Assembly: GCA_023436245.1 (NCBI GenBank)
Contig: JAEZJZ010000030.1
Coordinates: 91 to 64,090, forward strand
DNA length: 64,000 nt
Reading direction: 5' to 3'
Source: Bacillota bacterium
GTDB taxonomy: Bacteria; Bacillota; UBA994; UBA5500
The number at the start of each line of letters is the position of its first letter. Position 1 is the first letter of the stretch. The position numbers and the translations under genes were made by a program. Positions 10,537-19,730 of the stretch are shown piece after piece. Under the pieces are notes generated by a model. The model was not told the origin of the DNA, searched no databases, and worked only from the letters and a program-made list of their open reading frames with translations.

Positions 10537-11072
10537 TGCTTTACCTCCTGCGCATCGTCCAAGACGCCGCCAGTACCCCTCAGTGCTCCCCTTGGCCCGA
10601 TCTTGAGCTCGGGCGTCACGCGGCCCTCAGCTTCCGTGAAGGTCGCACCCCATCGTCTCCACAGCGCCAACGACGGTTCGTTGCCCACCTGGATACTGCA
10701 ACCGAGCGTCTCGATTCCCTGCTCGCTGGCTGCCTCGATTAGCAGAGAGAACATCTGCGTCGCGTAGCCCTTCCCCCAGTGCTCGCTGGCCAGCCAGTAA
10801 CCCGTACGGGCGCTCTTTCGCACCAGATCGATATCGCAGAGAGAAATGCTGCCGATCGCCTCCCCCTGCAGGAGTACGGCATAGCAGACGGCCCTCCGAC
10901 GCTTCGCCCACCCTTGGCAGGTGGCATAGTAATCGGCGGGAAGCACTTCCCGGATGGGCTGGAGCGAGTTTCTGGCGTGTAGCAGTTCGTCTGTGCTCAG
11001 AATACGCGCCAGAGTCTGACTGTGATCCAGCGTCAGCTCGGCGATCGTGATTACGTCAAACCCAGCGGTCAT
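10533..11072 (-). CDS. GNAT family N-acetyltransferase (RimJ/RimL-like)
   Basis: Acetyl-CoA-binding motif WGKGYATQMF; about 180 aa. Confidence 0.7.
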   Translation of the reverse strand: MTAGFDVITIAELTLDHSQTLARILSTDELLHARNSLQPIREVLPADYYATCQGWAKRRRAVCYAVLLQGEAIGSISLCDIDLVRKSARTGYWLASEHWGKGYATQMFSLLIEAASEQGIETLGCSIQVGNEPSLALWRRWGATFTEAEGRVTPELKIGPRGALRGTGGVLDDAQEVKQ

Positions 11073-11302
11073 GTTTAGCCACCTCTCCACACATATCTAA
11101 CACCGTGAGATTTCCAGTCCAGTATTCCACCGAGATCCATCCTTTTCCTGCCTGTGTATTGATTAGGCATGACCCCTTTCTCCGAAGCCGCCCTCCAGGT
11201 GCGGCATGGAGTAAACTGCCTGCGGGAAGGCGGAGGTATGCGCCGCGGCTTTGGAGAAATCACAGTGTGGACCTCTCATTCAAGTAGAAAGGCTGGTGCG
11301 GC

Positions 11303-12070
11303 ATGAAGCTCTCCGTTTGTACGGACGCTGTCTTTTCGAACATACCGACGGTGGAAAGTATGCACCGACTGCGGGCATTGGGGATCACGGACTTCGAGTT
11401 CTGGGCCTGGTGGAACAAGGATATCGATGCCATCGACCGCACACGGCGCGAGCTGGGAATGCAGGTGGTGGCGCTCTGCACGCGCTTCATCAGCCTAGTT
11501 GACCAGGGGCAACGCGCTCAGTATCTGGGCGGGCTGAAGGAGACGATCGCCATTGCAGACCAACTCGATTGTCCGCTAATCATCTCCCAAGTCGGAAACG
11601 AGTTGCCGGGCACGCCGAGAGCAATCCAGCAGCAAAGCCTAATCGACGCGTTACGGGCAGCTGTTCCCCTGCTGGCGGCAGCCAGCAAGACCCTCGTTTT
11701 TGAGCCGCTGAATACTCTAGTCGACCACCCCGGCTACTACCTCTGGAGCAGCGAAGAAGCATTCACCATAGTTGATCAGGTTGCGAGCGACAACGTGAAA
11801 GTACTCTACGACATCTATCATCAGCAGGTCATGGAGGGCCATCTGATTCACCGCATCACCCGGAACATCGACAGGATTGGCCACTTCCATGCAGCCGGAA
11901 ACCCAGGCCGGCACGAGCTGAGCCTGGGCGAGATCAACTATGAGGCGGTGTTTGCGGCGATCAGGGGGACGGAGTACAAGGGACATGTTGGGTTGGAGTA
12001 CAGTCCGGTGCAGGAGCCGGAAAGCGAACTGAGAAGAATGTTTGCTGGCAGGCAGTTGATGCAGGGCTGA
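11303..12070 (+). CDS. sugar-phosphate isomerase/epimerase TIM-barrel protein (hydroxypyruvate isomerase-like)
   Basis: 255 aa, MKLSVCTDAVF... xylose-isomerase-like TIM barrel signature; HFHAAGNPGRHE metal site. Confidence 0.65.
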   Translation: MKLSVCTDAVFSNIPTVESMHRLRALGITDFEFWAWWNKDIDAIDRTRRELGMQVVALCTRFISLVDQGQRAQYLGGLKETIAIADQLDCPLIISQVGNELPGTPRAIQQQSLIDALRAAVPLLAAASKTLVFEPLNTLVDHPGYYLWSSEEAFTIVDQVASDNVKVLYDIYHQQVMEGHLIHRITRNIDRIGHFHAAGNPGRHELSLGEINYEAVFAAIRGTEYKGHVGLEYSPVQEPESELRRMFAGRQLMQG

Positions 12071-12201
12071 CTGATGCGGAACGAACCGAGACATATCAGG
12101 GGTGATCAGGGCCTTAGCTTCAACCCCTCGCTCAAATGAAACAGACCACCGACCTCGAGCAGGTTGGTGGTCTGTTTGATGATGCCTAGTGGCAGCACCA
12201 A

Positions 12202-12954
12202 TTAATCAGTGACCGTCGCGCGGGCCATGAACTCATATCCACTCGGGGCGGGGCATGGGGAGAAATCAAAGGCGACAGACTTGCCCTGGTGGCAGAACGA
12301 GAAATAGAGATGGCAAAGGGCGATGCCAATGTCGATTTGGTTCATCTTTCCGTAGATTGATGCCTGGATCAAGTTGAGCTTCTTGCGGCTGACAACGATA
12401 TCATCCATGGTTCCACTGAAGAACCAAGCCTGGGTGTTAGAGGCGGACGGAGCAAGACGCACAGGCTCGAGCAACTCATCGGCTTCAACAATTGATGTGA
12501 TGGCCGACAGGCTAAGACGCTTGAAATCGGCCGAGCTATGCCTGTGAATCGGTTCGCTGCTCTGCCCGAACGCCAGCATGATCACAAACTCCAGCCCATC
12601 CTGTTGCTGCGGGACCTGTTTGGACGGTTTGGCCATGCCCAGCCAGCAACTGCCTAGCCCATGCGCAGAAAGATAGAGATCGACCTGCTGCAGCACGAAC
12701 CCAGCATTCAGCAAGTAGCCATCCTGCTGTTCAGAATAGAGACAGAGATAGTGCGGCGCTTTGATGGGCAGCAGATTCTTCACGTCAGAGGTCCCGAGAT
12801 AGGTGAGCTCATACTTGATTCTCTCATCAAGGGGCTTAGCCTGACGCGCAAATTCCTGCACCGCTGCCAGCGTTGTGGCAGAAAGCGGCGTCATGTCATA
12901 CTTGCGGACTGACCTGCGGCGGAAGATCGCTTCGTAGAGCTGTTCATTGTTCAT
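12202..12954 (-). CDS. nitroreductase family protein
   Basis: RRSVRKY FMN-binding motif near the N-terminus (start MNNEQLYEAIFRRRSVRKY). Confidence 0.7.
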   Translation of the reverse strand: MNNEQLYEAIFRRRSVRKYDMTPLSATTLAAVQEFARQAKPLDERIKYELTYLGTSDVKNLLPIKAPHYLCLYSEQQDGYLLNAGFVLQQVDLYLSAHGLGSCWLGMAKPSKQVPQQQDGLEFVIMLAFGQSSEPIHRHSSADFKRLSLSAITSIVEADELLEPVRLAPSASNTQAWFFSGTMDDIVVSRKKLNLIQASIYGKMNQIDIGIALCHLYFSFCHQGKSVAFDFSPCPAPSGYEFMARATVTD

Positions 12955-13136
12955 GCAGTTACCTCCAGCACATCTCCGGTCGACGCGCACCACGTTGGCC
13001 CCCTGGGCTCAGGAGCGGTCGCCTTGTTTAGTATATCCATGCGCCGGCTGTGAGACGAGCGGGTCACAGGGTGCCTGTGGGTCCGCTGACCGCTCCATTG
13101 GCGCCAGAGAACGAGAAAGGACGGGGAACCATGCAC

Positions 13137-13901
13137 TCAGGGCTTAGCTACCCGGTTAGTCAGTGCGCCTAGGCCCTCGATCTCAATGGTCACCTCATCG
13201 CCGACCTGCATCGGACCGATCCCCGAGGGGGTGCCGGTAAGGATCACATCGCCGGGATAGAGCGTCATCACCTGCGAGACGAAGCTAACCATGTAGGGAA
13301 TCGAGAAGATAACATCTGAAGTACGACCGTCCTGCTTCAACTCGCCGTTCAGGAAAGTCCTAAGAGCTAGATCGCCGGCGTCTACTCCGGTGACGATGCT
13401 GGGCCCGAGGGGGCAAAAGGTGTCAAACGACTTGGCTCTGCTCCACTGAATGTCCTTGGACTGCAGGTCACGAGCGGTGACGTCGTTGGCGATGGTGTAG
13501 CCGAAGATGTATTGCGCGGCGTCCGCTTCTGCAACCTGATGGCACTTCCTCCCGATCACGATGGCAAACTCGCCTTCGTAATCGAGCTGGCCAACGGTCG
13601 GCCAGTAGACGATGTCACCGCCGGGCGGAAGCAATGCAGTGGTCGGTTTGAGAAAGATCACCGGCTCCGCCGGTAACTTCATGCCGAGTTCCAAGGCGTG
13701 CTTACGGTAGTTCAAACCGACGCAGACGACCTTGCTCGGCTGGCAGGGGGTAAGTAACTGGACCTCGCTCAAGGGATACGTTTGCTCGGTCGGCTGGTGC
13801 TCGCCGAAGATGTCGCCCTGAAGCACGGCGACCTGGTCATCTGACAGCAGCCCGAAGTGGGTCTGGCCATTCACCGCAAAGCGGACATAATGGTTCGTCA
13901 T
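13137..13901 (-). CDS. fumarylacetoacetate hydrolase (FAH) family protein (HpcE/2-keto-4-pentenoate hydratase-like)
   Basis: MTNHYVRFAVNGQ...; the ATG at 13899-13901 is preceded by GGAGGAG at 8 nt; the track ORF is 78 aa longer only because the upstream tandem repeat has no stop in this frame. Confidence 0.8.
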   Translation of the reverse strand: MTNHYVRFAVNGQTHFGLLSDDQVAVLQGDIFGEHQPTEQTYPLSEVQLLTPCQPSKVVCVGLNYRKHALELGMKLPAEPVIFLKPTTALLPPGGDIVYWPTVGQLDYEGEFAIVIGRKCHQVAEADAAQYIFGYTIANDVTARDLQSKDIQWSRAKSFDTFCPLGPSIVTGVDAGDLALRTFLNGELKQDGRTSDVIFSIPYMVSFVSQVMTLYPGDVILTGTPSGIGPMQVGDEVTIEIEGLGALTNRVAKP

Positions 13902-13909
13902 ACAATCAA

Positions 13910-14107
13910 CTCCTCCAGCAGTCTGCAAGACTGCGATCTCAATAAAGCGATTCTTGCTCGTCAAGAATCGGCTTGTACCTCCAGCAGTCTGCAAGACTGC
14001 GATCTCAATAAAGTGATTCTTGCTTGCCCAGAATCGGCTTGTACCTCCAGCAGTCTGCAAGACTGCGATCTCAATAAAGCGATTCTTGCTCGTCAAGAAT
14101 CGGCTTG
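13910..14107. repeat. 3 tandem copies of a 66-bp unit immediately 5' of the FAH gene
   Basis: Unit cctccagcagtctgcaagactgcgatctcaataaagcgattcttgctcgtcaagaatcggcttgta. Copies at 13910-13975, 13976-14041 (diverged in one arm) and 14042-14107. Each unit holds two hairpins (GATTCTTG-n5-CAAGAATC and GCAGTCT-tgc-AGACTGC) and the SD-like CCTCCAGCAG. Confidence 0.85.
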
Positions 14108-14141
14108 TACTAGAGGTTTGTCGCAAAGCGGTCATTTTGTA

Positions 14142-14169
14142 GGGGCGCCATTCATGGCGCCCCTACAAA
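14142..14169. repeat. 28-nt perfect palindrome GTAGGGGCGCCAT-tc-ATGGCGCCCCTAC (REP-like)
   Basis: 13-bp arms with a 2-nt centre; related copy GGGCGCCATGCATGGCGCCCCTAC at 62327-62351. Confidence 0.8.
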
Positions 14170-14193
14170 GAAGCGCGCTCTGCGAAGGCGCCT

Positions 14194-15315
14194 CTATAGG
14201 GGCAACTCAAATATGTTGCGGTCCGCCTGGGTGAGCGACTCAGCACCGTGCTCGGTGATCAGGACGATGTCCTCCACCCGCATGTAGTATTCCCCGGGCA
14301 GCCACAGTTTCGGTTCAATGGCCATGACCATGCCCGGCTGCAGCCGCAGGTCGATGGTCGGCCTGAGCCACGGGTCCTCATGCAGGTCAACGCCGATTTG
14401 GTGACCGAGGGTGCCATCGGGCAACCGGGCGCGCAGACGGTCACCGTAGCCCCGCTCATCCAGGAATGACTCCAGGATGGGATAGAACTGGCTGATCGGA
14501 AGCCCCGGCTTGAGCTGGCTGATCAGATGGCACTGACCATCCTGCAGCGCACGATAAGCGCCAGAGATATGCTCCGGGGCAGGCCCCGAGTAGAAGGAGC
14601 GCCCAAAATCCGAACAATAGCCGTCGAGCACGAAGCCGAAATCAAAGGCGACGGAAGTGCCAGCGACCAGCCCTTGCTCGGCGGGATAGACGAAAGGGTT
14701 CTCGCTGGGTTGGCTGCCAGATTTCACATACAGCGACGCGGGTGGAAAGGATACATCCTGAGCGCCGAGGGCAAGGCCGGCTGCGGCTACTCTCGCCTGC
14801 AGCGCAGGCTGAGTGATGCCTGGGCGAATGAACGGCAGCACCTGTGCCATCACGCCGTCCGTGAGAGCCACGACTTTTCGCAGCGCAGCAATCTCGGCCT
14901 CATCCTTGACATAGCGAAGCTCTGCTCCCACCGCTTCCGCGTCGCGGCAGACGGCGTCCGGCAGAGCCTGACCAATTAGGTCGCGCAAGTAGTTCTCTGC
15001 CCGACGACTGACCCCAATCTGCCCACCCTGCAGATGATTGCGCAGGAGAGCAACCGCCTCTGCGCGAGAGGCCGCCACCTCTACCCGGCATTCGCTGGCA
15101 GTGAGCTGGTCGGCATTATCAGGCCCAAGAATGACCAGCGCAGGCTGATTACTTGTCACGACCAGCAGACAGTTCGACTCAGCCGGCTCATGGTCGCGCT
15201 GCCACTTGATCGGCAGCCGGCTGAAGTATTGGAAGTTAGCACCCAAACCGTAGACCAGGCCGTTGAGGCCGCTTTGCAGCATGGCCTGCTGCAGGCGCTG
15301 CAAACGAGTGTCCAT
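14194..15315 (-). CDS. M24 family metallopeptidase (Xaa-Pro dipeptidase-like)
   Basis: 373 aa with a creatinase-like N-domain and pita-bread C-domain (HQIGVDLHEDP, EPKLW, E..I.ITE). Confidence 0.75.
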   Translation of the reverse strand: MDTRLQRLQQAMLQSGLNGLVYGLGANFQYFSRLPIKWQRDHEPAESNCLLVVTSNQPALVILGPDNADQLTASECRVEVAASRAEAVALLRNHLQGGQIGVSRRAENYLRDLIGQALPDAVCRDAEAVGAELRYVKDEAEIAALRKVVALTDGVMAQVLPFIRPGITQPALQARVAAAGLALGAQDVSFPPASLYVKSGSQPSENPFVYPAEQGLVAGTSVAFDFGFVLDGYCSDFGRSFYSGPAPEHISGAYRALQDGQCHLISQLKPGLPISQFYPILESFLDERGYGDRLRARLPDGTLGHQIGVDLHEDPWLRPTIDLRLQPGMVMAIEPKLWLPGEYYMRVEDIVLITEHGAESLTQADRNIFELPL

Positions 15316-15460
15316 TGGATCCCCTCTTTCCCCGCAACTCTTCCAGTTGCTGATACAATCTACTTCTGCGCCGAAAGCGCTATAACCTTTGCCGGCAAGC
15401 CAACCTATCCGCCACTTGCCTGGCGGGCCAGTGGAAGAAGCAGCCGGCTAAGCAGCTCGG

Positions 15461-16084
15461 CTATTCCCGCGCTGATTGACAGAGACCGAATACGTTGCCG
15501 CTACAGAGCAAGGGCATTTGCCGGCGGATTTCCTCCACCGGCCAGTTCCACCACTGCAGCTGCAATAGACTGGCGATCTCCTCGTCGCTGAAGCGCTTGC
15601 GAATCACCCTGGCCGGATTACCGGCCACAATGGCATAGGGCTCAACATCCTTGGTAACTAGGGCCCGGGTGCCGATCACGGCGCCGTCTCCGACATGAAC
15701 GCCGGGCATAATCATTGCCTCAGCGCCGATCCAGACGTCATTGCCGACGACGGTGTTACCCTTGCTGATGTAGCCATCCCGGGTTTCACCCCAATTGTCT
15801 TCCGGAAAACCATGGAACGGATAGGTGGAGACCCAGTCGAAGCGATGCCCTTGGTTCCCGGACATGATGAAAATCGCCCCGGTACCGATGGAGCAGAATC
15901 GACCGATGATCAATTTGTCCTCGTTTGCGTTTTCCGGGTTCAGGTACCAGACATTCTCCTCGAAGTGCTTGCCGTGATAGTAACCCGAGTAATAGCTGTA
16001 ATCCCCCACCATGATATGGGGGTTGGTAATGTGATCGCGAATCAGATAGCCCTGGAATGGACTATCAAATGGGTTTTGCCTCAT
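15461..16084 (-). CDS. vat: Vat-family streptogramin A O-acetyltransferase (xenobiotic hexapeptide acyltransferase)
   Basis: [64 protein letters not shown] and WWNWP match Vat(A)/Vat(D) almost position for position. Start taken as MRQNPF (16082-16084); an upstream M at 16156 would overlap the DUF3795 stop by 4 nt. Confidence 0.8.
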   Translation of the reverse strand: MRQNPFDSPFQGYLIRDHITNPHIMVGDYSYYSGYYHGKHFEENVWYLNPENANEDKLIIGRFCSIGTGAIFIMSGNQGHRFDWVSTYPFHGFPEDNWGETRDGYISKGNTVVGNDVWIGAEAMIMPGVHVGDGAVIGTRALVTKDVEPYAIVAGNPARVIRKRFSDEEIASLLQLQWWNWPVEEIRRQMPLLCSGNVFGLCQSARE

Positions 16085-16152
16085 TGCTGTCACTATCCTT
16101 CCCTGGCCTGTTCTCGCCCACAAGTTCCTAATGGCAGTGATCAGTGGGCTAC

Positions 16153-16515
16153 TCACGACTGGACCTTGCTGCCCAGCGCCTGTCTCCGGGCGCGCAGCCG
16201 TTGCACGGCAACTTGATGGTTCCTGTCGCCGTCATCCTCAAACGTGATGACTTTCTCACAGGGAAATGCGTCGCAGAGAGAGCAATCCTCTTGGCGTCGC
16301 TCGCTGGAGCAACACTGCCTGATCTGGCAGTCGCCCGACCAGAGCAGTTCTGCGGCCCCGCGGCAGCCCTGGCAGCGAAACCAGGCAGGCAACGCCTGCT
16401 CATGGCCGGCGTTACGCCAGCGCTCGGCCAACTTGGCTGCTTCAGCGGGTGAGTTGGCGGCGCGATAGATGGAACATTCAGCACAATCAATACCGCAAGG
16501 CGCGATCATGGACAT
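16153..16515 (-). CDS. DUF3795 family Cys-rich protein
   Basis: CGIDCAEC...C..C...C Cys-rich pattern, 120 aa. Confidence 0.55.
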   Translation of the reverse strand: MSMIAPCGIDCAECSIYRAANSPAEAAKLAERWRNAGHEQALPAWFRCQGCRGAAELLWSGDCQIRQCCSSERRQEDCSLCDAFPCEKVITFEDDGDRNHQVAVQRLRARRQALGSKVQS

Positions 16516-16701
16516 GCTTCAGAACCCCCGTTCGCTTGGTTTGGGGCAGCGCCCCAAGCATCTGAATTCTGCGCGGCAGCACCCCACACCTCTAATCGGA
16601 GCTATGGAACGCAACTGGATGAGACCTTCCACATCGCAAAGACAGAGAGCCCGGCAGTTGGCCGCAGTCAACTGCCGGGCTCTGTTTTTCCCCGGAACAC
16701 A

Positions 16702-17247
16702 TCACTTCTGCTCCTGCCTCCAGCGCAGTGCCTCCTGTTCCAAAGCCTTCACGAAGCTGTCCTTGCCGTCCATGTAGCCGTAGATGTCCTCTGGGAACTG
16801 CTTGGCCAGGCGCTGCTTCAGTTCTCCGTACTCCCTGGCCATAGCAGGATGGGTGCGGAGATAGTCCCTCACGGCCAAATGGCGCTCGATAGCCTGTCGG
16901 TTGTCCCACTGGTAGGCGTGTATGTTATGGGTTCTGTCATCGCCGCCTTTTCGAAAGTATCTTCTTCCAGCCAGCCCACACTCGCCCATTGCTTCATAAC
17001 CGAGTGACTGCATCTGCCCATTGAGTAAGTCGACTTGCGTGATGTTCTTGACGATCGGCATGATGTCTATCACCGGCTTGGCTGGCAAACCAGGCACTGC
17101 AGTGCTGCCGATGTGATGAATCTCCAACAGGAGATCGCCGAAGACCGGCCCGAGCCTGGCTGCCTCCTGCTCGAACAACTGCGCCCATCTTGCGTGATGT
17201 TCGCTCACGACCACAACTCTCACCTGACTACCCCTCCCATCCCACAT
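16702..17247 (-). CDS. GrpB family protein (nucleotidyltransferase-fold)
   Basis: HIGSTAVPGLPAKPVIDIM and HAYQ...RDYLRTHP motifs typical of GrpB. Confidence 0.7.
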   Translation of the reverse strand: MWDGRGSQVRVVVVSEHHARWAQLFEQEAARLGPVFGDLLLEIHHIGSTAVPGLPAKPVIDIMPIVKNITQVDLLNGQMQSLGYEAMGECGLAGRRYFRKGGDDRTHNIHAYQWDNRQAIERHLAVRDYLRTHPAMAREYGELKQRLAKQFPEDIYGYMDGKDSFVKALEQEALRWRQEQK

Positions 17248-17428
17248 TGGTAAGCTGATCTATTACTACCGATGCAAACATCTCTGATCCGTCTTCGCCA
17301 AACAGACCTTCTTAACCTTCGTTCATGCTGGAGAGCAAGGAGCAATCGCGACCTACTCTGTCAGCTTAGCTTGGGCTGGTGTTATGCACCCGGCTCACTC
17401 CTGCATAGGATGTGAAGGGGGTGATAGC

Positions 17429-18376
17429 ATGATTGGGGTTCTTTGCTCCGATGGGAAACGGCATGACTATGCCAGTGCGTTGCAAACCGGGCATGCCCCT
17501 GCAGGCGGCCGTACCCTGCCGCTGCTCTTCTTCTCGGCGACTGACCATGACAGCAAGAGCGGTCTAGTCGACGGCCTGGCGGCAGGCGCACCTGCCAAGG
17601 TTGTGCGGGCAGAGCTACCGCGCGTAATCCTCAATCTTTCGGTGCAGACCAACAGCTCTGGCCGACGAGCGCTGAAGGCCCTGCGGCTGAACCCAAATGT
17701 GCACTTGATCAACCCTGCCAATCGCTTCAACCAATGGACCGTACAGCAGATGCTAGCTTCCTCCCTCAACTTGGCAAACAACCAGCTGCCGATGCAGGTC
17801 TCGGACCAGCGGGAGCTGTATGCTCAGGTCATCCGCGCCCAAGGTCTACTCTTCACCCCAATTCAGAGTACCAGCCCCTGGCGGCTGCATTACCTCCCGG
17901 ACAGTCGGAAGGCGGCCCTGCTGGGAGCGCCAGGCCAAAGCGAGTGGCTTGACCAAATGCTGCTCAGGATCTCCTTTCACCAGCGTTGGCTGTCCAGCGA
18001 GGTCCCAGAGTTGCTCTGTACGGGCAAGCGACCCCTGGTTGCTCGTATCTACCTGCAGCGTGGCATGGGCGGTCTCTGGACCGTGCTCGGCAAGAGCCAG
18101 TTCAATGGGCAGCCCAGCGCGGGAGACTTGGCTGGCCCGGTTTCCACCCTGGCTCTGCAAGCCATTCATACGTTGTCCACATACCTGCCGACGTTGGGGC
18201 TTGCCTTCGTGGACTTCGTCTTCAGCATCCAAGGAGAGCCGTTCCTGCTGCATGCAGGGGGCTGGGACTACCGCCTGTTGCTTGCTTCCGAACTACATCA
18301 GCCACTGCTGGACAATCTGTTCAACTACGCCTATTGGTTGCTCAGCCATCAGGAGGTAGCGCCGGATGTGGATTAG
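17429..18376 (+). CDS. YheC/YheD-like protein, divergent and probably catalytically degenerate (no clear ExN)
   Basis: GAAGGGGGG RBS then ATG at 17429; VHLINPANRFNQWTVQQML region resembles the YheC/D pre-ATP-grasp domain; the stop overlaps the next start (ATGTGGATTAG). Confidence 0.45.
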   Translation: MIGVLCSDGKRHDYASALQTGHAPAGGRTLPLLFFSATDHDSKSGLVDGLAAGAPAKVVRAELPRVILNLSVQTNSSGRRALKALRLNPNVHLINPANRFNQWTVQQMLASSLNLANNQLPMQVSDQRELYAQVIRAQGLLFTPIQSTSPWRLHYLPDSRKAALLGAPGQSEWLDQMLLRISFHQRWLSSEVPELLCTGKRPLVARIYLQRGMGGLWTVLGKSQFNGQPSAGDLAGPVSTLALQAIHTLSTYLPTLGLAFVDFVFSIQGEPFLLHAGGWDYRLLLASELHQPLLDNLFNYAYWLLSHQEVAPDVD

Positions 18377-19730
18377 GCTGCACAGAATCTCGATGGAACA
18401 GACGGCGATCGGGCTCCCGAGCCCTTTATGTGCAGAGGTGGGGCCTTCCGCCACGCTCACGGTCGGCTGCCGGACGCAGGAAGTGACCATCCAGCAGACA
18501 GACAACCAACTGACCGGGAGCGGGGTGGCTTTGGAACAACCGCTGCAAGTTGATGTGTCCTCCGCTTTGCTGGACAACCTGTCCTTGCCCGATGGGCTAT
18601 GCTACCGACTGAGGTACGCTCGTAACCGCCTGCTGCTTGGCCCAATCATCGGACTATTGCTTGGCCGAGACACGCACCGCTACAGCCCGGCCTTCATGCA
18701 GAAGTTCAGTGATCGGCTGGGCGTCTATCAGCAGGTGGGTGGGCTAATTTGCGCCTTCTCCGCGGAAGCCATCGACTTCACCAGTCGAATGGCCGCCGGG
18801 CTGTATTACGATCCGGAGGAGGATAACTGGCGATATGGACAGTTCCCGCTGCCGGGAGTGATCTATCGTCGCAATTTCCATACAGGCCAGCAGGTGATCG
18901 ATAGACTGGTCGGCCTAACTGAGGGACGTCTGTTCAACTCCTATCGCTTTGACAAGGCAGAGCTCTACGCTTTTCTGGCCGGGGATCAGACTCTGCGGCA
19001 ATACCTGCCTCCCTGGGACGTAGCCAGCGACCCCGTCCAAGTGTCCGTCTTCCTGGACCGACACCAGAAAGCAGTGCTAAAGCCCATGGATTTGTCCCGA
19101 GGCCGCGGTATTTGCATCCTCGAGAAGGCAGACGACTGTGTGCTGGTGCACGATTACCGAGCGCATCTGCCAGTGAGGCGCGAGCTGGCAGGCGACCTAG
19201 GATTCCGGCAGTGGCTTGACCAGAACCCCGGTCTGTTCAATCGTTACCTAATGCAGGGCTATGTTCAGTTGGCCACCATTGCTGGGGCGCACTACGATGT
19301 GCGGTTGGTGATGCAGAAGAGGCTCTCGCTGAAGTGGGAGTGCTCCGGCATCGAATGCCGGGTGGGGCAAAGCAACAGCCTGCTGACCAACATCTCGCGC
19401 GGTGGCTACGCCCTGACCCTGCCGAAGGCTCTGGCGCTGTCCTTCCCGGGGCAGACCAACAACCCGCTGCTCGCACGTCAGTTGGTTGACGTGGCCTTGG
19501 GGATTTGCCGCAGGCTAGATCAACTGGGGGCGCACTTCGCCGAGCTGGGGCTGGACCTGGCAGTAGATGTTCACCGCCGGGTCTGGATTATCGAGGCCAA
19601 TGTGTTTCCTAGCTTCAAGGGCTTCAAGCGCACCAGCCAGCTCACATACCTTGCCATCCGCCATGCGCCTTTGCTTTATGCGCTCCATCTGAGCGGGCTG
19701 GACCAACCGGAAGGGGGTGAGTGGAGTTGA
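18366..19730 (+). CDS. YheC/YheD family ATP-grasp protein
   Basis: LLGPIIGLL N-terminus; ATP-grasp motifs KPMDLSRGRGICIL, MQGYVQ, YDVRLVMQK, IIEANVFPS. Confidence 0.7.
   Translation: MWIRLHRISMEQTAIGLPSPLCAEVGPSATLTVGCRTQEVTIQQTDNQLTGSGVALEQPLQVDVSSALLDNLSLPDGLCYRLRYARNRLLLGPIIGLLLGRDTHRYSPAFMQKFSDRLGVYQQVGGLICAFSAEAIDFTSRMAAGLYYDPEEDNWRYGQFPLPGVIYRRNFHTGQQVIDRLVGLTEGRLFNSYRFDKAELYAFLAGDQTLRQYLPPWDVASDPVQVSVFLDRHQKAVLKPMDLSRGRGICILEKADDCVLVHDYRAHLPVRRELAGDLGFRQWLDQNPGLFNRYLMQGYVQLATIAGAHYDVRLVMQKRLSLKWECSGIECRVGQSNSLLTNISRGGYALTLPKALALSFPGQTNNPLLARQLVDVALGICRRLDQLGAHFAELGLDLAVDVHRRVWIIEANVFPSFKGFKRTSQLTYLAIRHAPLLYALHLSGLDQPEGGEWS

Noticed and set aside
13910-14107. Possible CRISPR array
   Set aside because: The repeats are directly contiguous with no spacers, the unit is 66 bp, and there are no cas genes. 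It is a tandem repeat, not a CRISPR.
13902-14135. 78-aa N-terminal extension of the FAH ORF containing three SRFLTSKNRFIEIAVLQTAGGT peptide repeats
   Set aside because: This is just translation of the 3x66-bp DNA tandem repeat, which happens to lack stops. There is no RBS before the ATG at 14135 (it lies inside a palindrome), whereas the ATG at 13901 has GGAGGAG at optimal spacing and starts the conserved FAH domain.
17820-18486. Overlapping plus-frame ORFs (17820-18359, 17986-18486) inside the first YheC/D-like gene
   Set aside because: These are alternative-frame ORFs typical of high-GC DNA. Cys/Arg/Ser-rich translations with no motifs.
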